A stretch of 64,000 nucleotides of DNA. Source: Octopus vulgaris. Taxonomy: Eukaryota. The stretch is from NCBI GenBank assembly GCA_951406725.2, contig OX597819.1, positions 115,754,001 to 115,818,000 of the forward strand. Direction: 5' to 3'. Shown in pieces: positions 14,141 to 25,857 of this stretch. The notes below the pieces were generated by a model. It worked only from the letters and a program-made list of their open reading frames with translations. It had not been told where the DNA came from and did no database searches. Position 1 is the stretch's first letter. Each line of letters opens with the position of its first letter. The position numbers and the translations under genes were made by a program.

Positions 14141-14185
14141 AGACACTTATGAAGGCTGGAGGGTATGTCAGCCGAAACGTTTTAA
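14141..14185 (+). ncRNA. Degenerate sibling hammerhead motif (core CTTATGA)
   Basis: AGACA-CTTATGA-A-GGCTG-GAGGGTATGT-CAGCC-GAAACGTT. Confidence 0.6.
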
Positions 14186-14787
14186 CAACAAACAAGATGA
14201 GGACAAACATCTATCAAATGTTAAAAATAATATAACTTCTGGGATTGATTGGTTCGACTAAAACCTTCGAGAAGGTTCTGTAGCAGTCCAATGACTGAAA
14301 CAAGTAAAAGATAAAAGATGTATGTATGTGTGAAAGTAGGTATGTGTATGTGTGCGTATGCGTGTGAAGTTTTGCAAGGCAAAGGTTAAGATTAAGAGTG
14401 ACTTCTAAATTTCGTTTTACTGGATTCTTGGAATGTGTTTTGCTGGTCACCATTGAATTAAAGGAGCCGGAATAAACACCACAAGGCATCATCTCCAGCG
14501 TTGTAATATTTCTGCCAATCCAGCGCTTTGAATTGGTCCTTTTTGTTAGACCCCAAATGGTTGAAAGCAGAGGTGCGATTTGAATTTAAATCGCAAGAAA
14601 TCGGTACAAAAGCCAAAATGTATTTTAACAAACGACATAACGCGCCGAAATTGTTTGATCTGGTAGAAATCAAAACTCTGTTAAATGTAATGGGGGGTTA
14701 GCAGCTCACTTTGTAAACATGTGGCTTCATCGTCAGTGTTTTTGGGTAAGTGGCACCATGGGTATGTGCCTTCTGATCTAGAAAGCG

Positions 14788-14788
<1 letters not shown>

Positions 14789-14858
<70 letters not shown>

Positions 14859-14938
14859 TTATCTATCTATGTTTGTCCATTCGTCCATCCATCCATCCAT
14901 CCATCCAGCCAGCCATCCATCCATCCATCCGTCCGTCC

Positions 14939-14976
<38 letters not shown>

Positions 14977-14987
14977 ATGTCTGTCTG

Positions 14988-15032
<45 letters not shown>
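14789..15032. repeat. Compound tetranucleotide microsatellite; representative of dozens of (TA)n, (CA)n, (GA)n, (CATA)n, (CTAT)n, (AAT)n tracts across the window
   Basis: (CTAT)n-(CCAT)n-(CCGT)n-(CTGT)n-(CTAT)n read directly. Confidence 0.98.
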
Positions 15033-15035
<3 letters not shown>

Positions 15036-15370
15036 ATTTCTTAATTACTCATTCCTAATTGCATAACTTTGATTATACATTCACAAGTCAGCAATCGATT
15101 TTTCTTCGATTTCACACAAATTCATGATGGCGGCCATGAGTCGAATAATTCATTCCATAATTGGTAATGTATTGCAATGATTTGATTTTGACAAGACACA
15201 AAACTGTCTGAACGCATTGCTCTTGGCCTACCGTTGATGCACGCACTCTAATTAGATAAATGGTTGCCATCTCATTAAAAATCTCTAACGCTGAGACCAC
15301 ATCTAATGCAATACAACACATTCTTTTGAAATGTTAAACGTTTCCCGGAGGCTAGTTTGCATTCATTAAC

Positions 15371-15443
<73 letters not shown>

Positions 15444-15485
15444 CATATATGTATATATGTACATATATATATACACGCACATATA

Positions 15486-15525
<40 letters not shown>

Positions 15526-15526
15526 C

Positions 15527-15609
<83 letters not shown>

Positions 15610-16420
15610 TATATATACATACACACACACAAATATATATATATACATACACTCATACACACATATATATGTGCGTGTGCATGTATTTATATATGTATAT
15701 ATAGAAGTGCGTGTATAATATAAGAGATATGCACTGTGAAATATGGATATTGGTCCTTTGTATGGGATGAATTTATTGTGTGATTCATAAATGCTTATTT
15801 AGATCAAAGAAAAGAAATTACAGTTTAATGTTTTTTTAAGTAGAACCTAAATGACTAGAATAGAAAATGAATGAATTGAACTTAGATACTTGGGGTAAAG
15901 CAAGAAATTTGCCACAGCAAATCGAATTATATAATACAATAATATTAATTACATTAGGCAGCGTGCTGGCGGAACCGTTAAAAATAGGGAAAATTTGCTT
16001 CGCTGGTTTACGTTCTGATTTCTAAGTTTTCGGATTTAAGTTTTCTTTTTGTAATTTCGGTAAAATAAAGTACCAGCAAAATACTGGGTTCGTTCGTCTC
16101 GACTAATCTCATCCCCTCGAATCTCTGGGATTGTGTTAATGCTTGGGGTTCACGGTAACATTTTTTTCAGATTGCAGATGCCCATTTATGGTCATTTACT
16201 GCCCTAGGTTTCCTCTTCCGTCAAAGACACAACTTGAAGAGAAAAGTCTTCCAGAAAATAAGGCGATATAGTCGATTACACTTCCTCACTGTCTAGAAAT
16301 TTATATAGAAATTAACCGTACTGCATGTCTACAAATTTCTAGTTGAAATAGATGAAATATTGAATATAAAATATAATATATAAAATATTAAGGGACTAGT
16401 ATACTTTCTTGCATTATAGC

Positions 16421-16476
<56 letters not shown>

Positions 16477-17077
16477 ATTCAAAAAATTTCTTGAAAGCGT
16501 AGTCCACAACATAACGTTTGTACATTAAACACTAGTCAAAATCTGCTTTCAGTTTGTTCCTACATTTTTAAGCATCAGTAACTGCGTCAAATATAATATT
16601 GTGTCTATCTAGATCATTATTGACTTAGTACGTGTATGCCTTCCTCAACGACCCTCCAGCAAATATCTTTCATTTTTTGCGGTTGAAAAGAATGGCCATT
16701 GATACATTTCATTTTTCTGAAAAACACGTTCAACCCAAAAGAAATATTTTAACCCAGAATGCCATCAGTTGAAACACTCGCCGGTTTTTCAAGTAGTTGA
16801 TCATGATATGTTCAAACGGTGAGAGCGATTTTGCAGCGTTCATCTCCACTGTAACTGCTTTTGTTATATTCCACGTCTCACTACTACGCGAAAGAACTGC
16901 TTTAATGCAATCTTTACGAAGTAGAATTTTAATTCTATTGCTGACTGTATGACTGCAAATACAGTTTGTGCGCTGTACACAGGGTACCTTTTCAAACTTA
17001 ACAACACACACACACACTTCGCGCTCACACAAACATGCACACACACACACGCTCACACACATATATATATATGCATG

Positions 17078-17180
<103 letters not shown>

Positions 17181-17297
17181 TGCTGAGTTTCATTTTGGAG
17201 TGTTATTTTTGCTTTTTTTGTTGTTCTTTTCGTTCGCTTTATTCTATTTGGTTCTGTTTGTTTTTTTCTTTTTTCTTTTTTGTTACGAATATATATT

Positions 17298-17333
<36 letters not shown>

Positions 17334-17989
17334 CATACATACATACATACATACATACATACATACATACATACATACATAATGCATATATATACATACA
17401 TACATACAATAAACTCTGACCAGAGCCCTGTGAATGGATTTGGTAGGCGGAAACTAAAAGAAGCATGTCCTGTATATATACATATATATATATTGGTGCT
17501 TGTGTGTGTGTGTGTGTGTGTTTTTTGTGTACGTGTGTGTATTTGTGTGCATGTGTGTGTTTTTATGTTTGTTCTCATCACCGCTTGATAATCAGTGTTG
17601 GTGTATTTAAGCGTCTGTAGCTTAGTTCTTTCAGTTCATGCTGTGCTGTGTAGAAAATAGCTATTGTTTAGTTAATGAGGAATTGTCAGAAACAGAAATA
17701 TACAAAGTAGACTATCCACTAGTGCGCTAACCTAATTAATGACTGCTTTATATTGCAACTGACTTGCACTGCTGATAAAAGAAAGAAGCCAGTAATCTTC
17801 TCTGTGGAGCGGTCAACAAACCAAGAAATGTTCTACCAGGAGATTCCTTCATACGTTTCTGTTACATCATTACATTAGAAAAAGTATTTACATTCTTAGA
17901 TCACTTGCATTGAAGCTTTGTATTATACAGATAGGTAGATAGATTGAGAGAGAGAGAGAAAGGGAGAGATTGTGAGAGAAAGTTATGAG

Positions 17990-18023
<34 letters not shown>

Positions 18024-18459
18024 GTTATTTAAGGATGCAATTTCAAAGGATTTGAAGAATATTTACTGATGAGGGGACTCATTAAAAGTGTGGTCAAATA
18101 TATTCAAAGAGTTCGTTTTGCCTTTGACTTTCAGTTTCGCTTGACGATTTGCTCAAACAACCGACGATTCGCTTGAGTAAAAGTAGAAAAAGAGAAAGTC
18201 TGATCACTGTTGCGCATGAACAATGGTAAACCACAGATAACTATATGAAGAAAATAATTAAGAAAGAAGCAAACATCTCATACAGACAATGTGATCAATG
18301 CAATTTGACAACGGCGCATTATTTCTGACTATCCGTTTCTTGCCAAGCTGGAAAAGATACAACATACAGGATTGAGTCAGCAGCTATATTTCCTGGGCTG
18401 ACACTTCGACATGCAAACGGAAAAAAAAGTAATAGAAACTGTCAAAGGTGAAAGCTATG

Positions 18460-18640
18460 GAAGGAAGTCGAGAAAATTGTCAAAGCACAATGATCTTGAA
18501 ATGAAAATAATAAGCGGAGTAGGAAAGGAAACAATGCAAATAATAATTGGAGAACTAAAAAAAAAAAACAGAAATATAGAAACCTTGACAGAATCCACAA
18601 CTCTACTCATAGACCAAAAAAAAATAGGCCTGTTCAGCTC
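18460..18640 (+). pseudogene. Decayed C-terminus of an R4/Dong-type (restriction-like endonuclease) LINE
   Basis: KLSKHNDLEMKI..QIIIGELKK..IDQKKI resembles the 'EKLSKYKDLEIEI..IPIIIGALG..IQK' pattern of these LINEs (recalled pattern). Confidence 0.5.
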
Positions 18641-18799
18641 ATATAGTACATTTTTTGTACAACACACACAACACATATTCAAGACAGTTATTTTAAAAAT
18701 GAAATCGCGCAAACCACACAACGCATACTTTATGCAGTCGTCAACCAATGATACATCTACGCTTACATAATCGACAAGCGATGTTATAACACTTCATAA

Positions 18800-19420
18800 G
18801 GTGGTGAGCTGGCAGAATCGAGGGCGGCGAGCTGGCAGAAACGTTAGCACGCCGGGCGAAATGCGTAGCAGTATTTCGTCTGCCGTTATGTTCTGAGTTC
18901 AAATTCCGCCGAGGTCGACTTTGCCTTTCATCCTTTCGGGGTCGATTAAATAAGTACCAGTTACACACCGGGGTTGATATAATCGACTTAATCCGTTCGT
19001 CTGTCCATGTTTGTCCCCTCTGTGTATAGCCCCTTGTGGGTAGTAAAGAAATAGGTATTTCGTCTGCCGTTACGTTCTGAGTTCAAATTCCGCCGAGGTC
19101 AACTTTGACTTCCGTCCTTTCGGGGTCGATAAATTAAGTACCACTTACGCACTGGGGTCGATGTAATCGACTTAATTCCTTTGTCTGTCCTTGTTTGTCC
19201 CCTCTATGTTTAGCCCCTTGTGGGTAATAAAGAAATAAGAATCGTTAGCACACCGGACAAAATGCTTAGTGGCATTTCGTCTGTCCTTACATTCTGAGTT
19301 CAAATTCCGCAGAATTTTCGGGGGTCAATAAATTAAGTAGTAGTGAAACACTGGGGACGATGTAATCGAATAGTCCCCTCCCGCAAAATTTCAAACCTTG
19401 TGCATTTAGTAGAAAGTATA
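18800..19420 (+). mobile_element. Nested family-B SINEs: young dimer (18823-19237) inserted in the head of an older family-B copy
   Basis: Old head GGTGGTGAGCTGGCAGAATCG resumes as AGAATCGTTAGCAC at ~19238; AGAATCG duplicated. Confidence 0.85.
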
Positions 19421-19603
19421 TCGTAACACTTCATACTTAACAATCTCACATCATGTCATCTTATTCTATACGATTGTCATCTAATATTATAACTTTGCTT
19501 AACTATATTACCAACGAAAGTCGTCGGGAGACCGGAGTGGACGAATCGTTTGGTTTTGATAATCAGCTCAACGAGCTTTAAGCACATATTTCAGAATTGT
19601 TTA

Positions 19604-19669
<66 letters not shown>

Positions 19670-19728
19670 ATACATACATATATATATACATACATACATA
19701 CATACATACATACATACATACACACACA

Positions 19729-19819
<91 letters not shown>

Positions 19820-20230
19820 CACTTTGTAGTATTAGTAAGAACGTAGGGACTGCAGGTATAAATTGTGTGACGTCTCTGTTCTGCACTCTTATATAAACAA
19901 TCAGTTTAGTAGAGAACGTAATATTGGTTTCAAATTTTAGCACGAGACCATCAGCTTTGGGTGAAGGACTAAATCAATTAAATCGACCCCAGTGCATAAG
20001 ATGGAAGGTTAAAAGTCAATCTTGGCTGCATTTGAACTCAGAACGTAGAGACAGACGAAATGCCGCAAAGCATCTTGCCAGGATTTTTCCATCTCGCCGC
20101 CTTCATAGACCGTAATATTAATGAATGAATAAATGACAAAAAAAAACACGAATTACGTAATCACCTTGATCAGCTTACAGCTCTTTGTCTTTCTTCCTGC
20201 CTCTCTGTCTCTCAATATATATATATATAT

Positions 20231-20414
20231 GATGCCATGATAGATCGTTAGCCACTACACACATTTTTTTTTCTCTTCTTGTTTTTTCTGTGTCCCTTTC
20301 TGTAGGCTCGAAACGTAAAAGACCTTTTCTATTCCTGAGCGTTGTACTAATACATCTGTTTGTTTTGTACACCACCTGTCTTCGTTTTTTTTTTTTTTTT
20401 CGTAAACTCTCCCT
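20231..20414 (+). mobile_element. ~185-bp Penelope-type repeat with hammerhead-like motif (internally deleted copy)
   Basis: Reverse-complement match to 53498-53684; CTTT-CTGTAG[..]GCTC-GAAACGTA-AAAG; flanked by (TA)n tracts. Confidence 0.7.
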
Positions 20415-20420
20415 ATATAT

Positions 20421-20498
<78 letters not shown>

Positions 20499-20762
20499 GG
20501 AGAGAGAAATAGAAAGTACAACTTGTGAAGCATCCACACAGAAGCGCTATAGTCTCTGAACTATGTCTGTAGTTTTACAATCTTTATTGATAATATATAA
20601 ATTATCAAACTTTTCGTTATAATCGTCATAAAGCAGTGATAAATTCATTACTACGATGCGAGGTTTTAAATCAGAAATGTCATCTAACAACGCAGGGAAT
20701 CATCTTTACGCATGCACACACATAACACTCATATATTCAGCTTATACACTCACAAATGCACA

Positions 20763-20797
<35 letters not shown>

Positions 20798-21023
20798 CCA
20801 CACATACACACACGACATCCAAAGGTTAAAAGAAGAGGAGGAAATAAACAGAATGGTTATCTTTTCAAGCAATCAGAGAACGGTTTCCATGATGGTTTTT
20901 CCAATAAAAGAGAAATCTTACGAGAGAATATGTACTCATGCTAGTTTATCTGTTTATATAGATTCCATACAGGATGATGTAAGAGGTAGCATTATATTCG
21001 ATTTTGCGGGGAGGGCGCCGATT

Positions 21024-21060
<37 letters not shown>

Positions 21061-21063
21061 GTA

Positions 21064-21096
<33 letters not shown>

Positions 21097-21152
21097 TATA
21101 TGTGTGTGCGTGTGTGTGTGTGTATGTATGTATATGTATATATATGTATGTA

Positions 21153-21217
<65 letters not shown>

Positions 21218-21291
21218 ATGTATATGTGTATGTGCATGCATGTGCGCGTCTTGTTTCTCTTTGAGTGTGGATAGGTGTTTGTGTTTATGAA

Positions 21292-21322
<31 letters not shown>

Positions 21323-21344
21323 ATCTATCTATTTATCTATCAAT

Positions 21345-21546
21345 AGGCGGCGAGCTGGCAGAAACGTTAGCACGCCGGGCGAAATGCGTAGCCGTATTTC
21401 GTCTGTCGTTACTTTGCCTTTCATCCTTTCGGGGTCGATAAATTAAGTACCAGTTACGCACTGGGGTCGATGTAATTGACTTAATCCCTTTGTCTGTCCT
21501 TGTTTGTCCCCTCTGTGTTTAGCCCCTTGTGGGTAGTAAAGAAATA
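21345..21546 (+). mobile_element. SINE family B with internal deletion
   Basis: Family match; flanked by TATCTATCAATAGG duplication. Confidence 0.9.
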
Positions 21547-21574
21547 TATCTATCAATAGGTATGTATGTGTGTA

Positions 21575-21642
<68 letters not shown>

Positions 21643-21651
21643 GTATATATG

Positions 21652-21692
<41 letters not shown>

Positions 21693-22250
21693 GCATGCAT
21701 GTATGTATACATACGCTCATACACACGTGTATGTGTATACACTTCTCACTACTTGACGGTTTTCTGAATCACAACATCCCGGGTTCCATTTCACTACATT
21801 CCATTTCACTGGTTATGTAACTTTCGGGTGAGTCAAATGGGCTACACACAAACTGGTTAGTAATCTGTTTTAGTAGATTGTACTCCTAATTAAAAAAGTA
21901 AGAAAAAACAAAATTACAGGAATATTCCGCCAGTTATACATTCATTCTGCATCAGAGCAGGTATGTCAGTGGGTCCAACAACTGATTCTTCGTCGTCGAA
22001 CGACGCAAACTCACCAAAGATGCATACGAACACACACGCACGCACACACACACGCACCACACAGACATTGAGCTGAAAAATTGATTGGTTGATTGGATTC
22101 AGTGAAGAATCGAAAACGGATCGATCGTCGAAGTTTCGGCTCACTTGGAGATTACATCTTGCTGCATGGTTAAAATTATTGATTACATTCGTTAGTTAAA
22201 AGAACATAGCGTGATAAATATCGATATGATGAAATCGCAAAATTCTTCGG

Positions 22251-22355
<105 letters not shown>

Positions 22356-22774
22356 TTATTATTTATTTATTTTTTTGGTTTTCAACCATTTATTGATCAG
22401 TTTAAGATTGTTGCTTATTCTCACATGCAATATTGCACAGTCTTGAAACTTAATATTCTTAGAACTTAGTCTAAAGTATTAGGAAGATTACCAAAAGATG
22501 AAGCAGATGACCCTGAAAGCTGGTCTGAAGCATTGGCTATAAGAACACTTGGATAGGAATCAGAAGATTGCCTTTCGTCTTTGACCTTTCTTACAGAAGA
22601 AAAGGAAATGAATGAAAAGAAATTTCTAGAATGCCTTGAAATTTTTTAAAGATATTTTTTCTGAAGCATTTAAAGGTGAGTTTAACATTAATGCGTTTCT
22701 ACTGAGAATATATCAGACACATGATGTGTGTCTTTGACCAGCTGGAAAAGACGTTTTCCTGTGTACTAACATAG

Positions 22775-22872
<98 letters not shown>

Positions 22873-22873
22873 A

Positions 22874-23032
22874 TAGGCGCAGGAGTGGCTGAGTGGTTAG
22901 TAGCTTGCTTTCCAACCACATGGTTCCGGGTTCACTGCGTTGCACCTTGAGTGAGTGTCTTGTACTATAGTCTCTGGTCGACCAAAGCCTTGGGAGTGGA
23001 TTTTGTAGATGGTAACTGAAAGAAGGCTGTCG
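22874..23032 (+). mobile_element. SINE family A, 5' half only
   Basis: Head through ..GAAAGAAGGCTGTCG, then (TA)n, then Penelope pLTR. Confidence 0.9.
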
Positions 23033-23069
<37 letters not shown>

Positions 23070-23457
23070 TCCAATGCAAGGAAAGGACATCAACTCAACA
23101 ACGACTAAATAAAGAGTTAACATGAATATACAATGGATTTCATAAATAAAAATCCAACCAGAAAAAGGAAAAAAAAACTTACCTTCTCTTAGCTAAGAAT
23201 TATTATATCCGCTGCTATCTCTTTAACTAAAAAAAACATTATATTCACTGATTATTCCCTTGAACTATACTCCCCTGTATAAATGCATAGCCGTCCCATA
23301 CCTGTTTCTACGCAATATTAAATCAAAAACGTATTATGATTTCACAATGAATCATGATTAGCGAAACGAAACCAGTTGACTCTGTAGATATTGTAATTGA
23401 TTAATTAATCTTTATCTACATAAACAAAAAATCCCTGTGCTTTATCACCTTAAATCT

Positions 23458-23808
23458 TATTACCTCCGCCTTGGCGAAGGCGGATGTATTGTTTTCAGCC
23501 GTGATTGTTTGTTTGTCCGTGGAAAAGATATCTTGTTACTTGGATTTGGATGAAACTTTCAGGGATGTTTAGCCTCATGACTGGCACAAGCTGATTAGAT
23601 TTTGGGATCGATCCGGTACCGGACAAGGATTCTGGAATATTTTTTCTTGATTTTTTTTTACGTAACTTTTGAGAGCGGTCTTGTTCATTATTAGTATTTT
23701 CGTTTGTGGGAGCACTCGAGTTTATTTAAGATATTCTCATTTTTAAGATGATCTCCGGCTAATCGTTGAGAGGACGTTGGTGTTGCCTTGGCGGAGGTTT
23801 GCGCTCTC
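23458..23808 (+). mobile_element. HINE/DINE-1-like (Helentron-associated) non-autonomous element inserted in the pLTR
   Basis: Sub-terminal inverted repeats ACCTCCGCC / GGCGGAGGT, 5' hairpin CCGCCTTGGCGAAGGCGG, (GTTT)n, terminal GCGCTCTC followed by a T-run. Confidence 0.85.
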
Positions 23809-25639
23809 TTTTTTTATATTTACCATTTTTATATTTACTACCACGTGGTAATCCCTCCGCAAATTTTACCTATATATATACAACACGTGAGACCGAAAAT
23901 GCCACAGAAAACAATCTCACTGGAAAAAAAAATTACAAACCAGGAAAAATTTCAAACGAGGACATTTTGAAAGAAGTAAAAAATATCAACTCAGATCTGA
24001 TTACCTTAATCGATAAAGCTGAGGCATCAAACTTACTCAATCACGAGAAAAAGGAAATGAAGAAACGACTCACCACTCAGAACAGGTTAGAAAAGATTTA
24101 GACCTTTTATTCGTAACACTAAACTCGATTTTCACAAACAAACTAGACAATGAGCAATTCTCAATAAATGTAACTCACAACGAATTCATACAAGCACAAG
24201 ACCATCTAACAGAAAATTCACATTCTGGAACATGCTTAAAAATTCCAACAAGTCAGAAATTTACGAACGCTGGATGAGTTCCACACCAACAGTTCTACGC
24301 AAACTACAAATAAAAAGAATCCCAAACGAATCCCATGGACAGAGAGAAGTGAGAGAAAGATTAGCATTATATCGAATGAAAATAGAAATAGAACAACGTA
24401 GATTACGAGAATCGAACAATGAAGAAAAATACAAAAACATAGACGAAGAAATGCACAGGGAACTGAATAAACATGACAATGGACACTCTCTGGAAAACAG
24501 CACTAAACTTCGGATAGAAACAGGTGAAGCTGAAGAAAGAAATTCCCTACAACGCTGGCTAAAAATGATAACTTCTTCCAACGTTATGTATTGATCTTCA
24601 AAACCGAATTTAATTCGGATAACTTCTTTATGAAGACAGCAAAAATAATCATACAGAATTGAACAAAGAACAAACTACCTTTGATTATGGATACATAAAA
24701 GAAAATAGTTACGCAGAACCAACCATACACCGGGGAAAATCGCTCACACACTAAAAATAGGGATCACACTCAGCGTAAAAATAGTAGACCCATGTTTGAA
24801 AGTTCCCAGTCGACCCCAAACCTTCGAAAAAACAAGATAATACTAGAAATAGGAATGTTCTGCAAACCAGAAACTTCAGGAAAACTGCAGCGTGGTTAGG
24901 AACTTTAATTCCCAAACAGGAATGAAAAAGACACAAGGCACTATACCTAATGCCAATCAAAGGACTCTTAGACATATGAACACACACAACAACTCGACAG
25001 AGCAATATCATCACTCTTTTAAACCCAAATCTCAACAGACACATCAACAACCCAAACTAATACAGCCACAACGAACGTGTTTTTTAGCTCCAGACTAGAG
25101 AAACAGGGACACACGTTGCAACATAATACACAGGAAAAACCGAAGGTAATTGACATATTAAAGAATTTCCTGTTTACGATAAAGGTCAATTTACTCGCAA
25201 AAAGGCTAAAATTCCCTCCAACTCCACGCAGAGACAACCAAAATGAAAATAATGGTAGTTTAACGGAATTCAGCAGATAACTAAGACTTACAGAAGAATT
25301 AGTTAACTTTAATATCGAAGATGATTCACTAATTGGAAACGAAAGTAATCACATTCCTCACAAATGTAGAAATAAAACATTCGATAAGTTCTATAACCAC
25401 GTTGAAAAACTTCCCTTACTACACTCTGCATAAAACAAAAAGTTAACTCAAATTTCAGTGCTACCCAATGGAAAGCGTTAATTGAATTACAAGATGATGA
25501 GGAATGAACAATTAAAGAAGCCGATAAAGGGTGTACAGTAGTAGTGATGGACACGGACTACTACAAAAACCTAGTAGTATCTTTGTTGAATAATGAAGAC
25601 TACTATGAGAATATAGAAGACTACAATCTGCAATGAATA

Positions 25640-25857
25640 ATCTTTTCTACTCTAGGCACAAGGCCCGAAATATTTTGGGAGAGGGGCCAGTTGATTAGAT
25701 CGACTCCAGTACGCAACTGGTATCTAATTCATCGAATTCGAAAGGATGAAAGGCAAAGTCGACCTCGGCGGAATTTGAAACTCAGAACATAAAGACAGAC
25801 GAAATGTCGCTAAGCATTTCACCCGGCGTGCTAACGTTTCTGCCAGCCCACCGCCTG
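25640..25857 (-). mobile_element. SINE family B inserted in the Penelope RT
   Basis: Family match, older tail type (CTTGTGCCTAGAGTAGAAAAGATTATT). Confidence 0.9.

Larger units (their letters stand above)
13715..14230 (+). mobile_element. SINE family D: tRNA-like head (13898-13970) + (AAT)n + hammerhead-containing tail, preceded by an inverted partial copy
   Basis: A box TGG(A/C)GTAGTGG, B box GAGTTCGATTCC; tail 14111-14230 is the reverse complement of ~13745-13876; palindromic junction 13877-13916. Confidence 0.8.
13457..14315 (+). mobile_element. Old SINE family A copy split by an insertion at ~13715-14230
   Basis: 5' part 13457-13705 and 3' tail 14235-14315 match family A. Confidence 0.8.

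Noticed and set aside
16730-17000. Non-repetitive end of the 283-aa ORF
   Set aside because: No recognisable domain; the ORF length is due to microsatellites.
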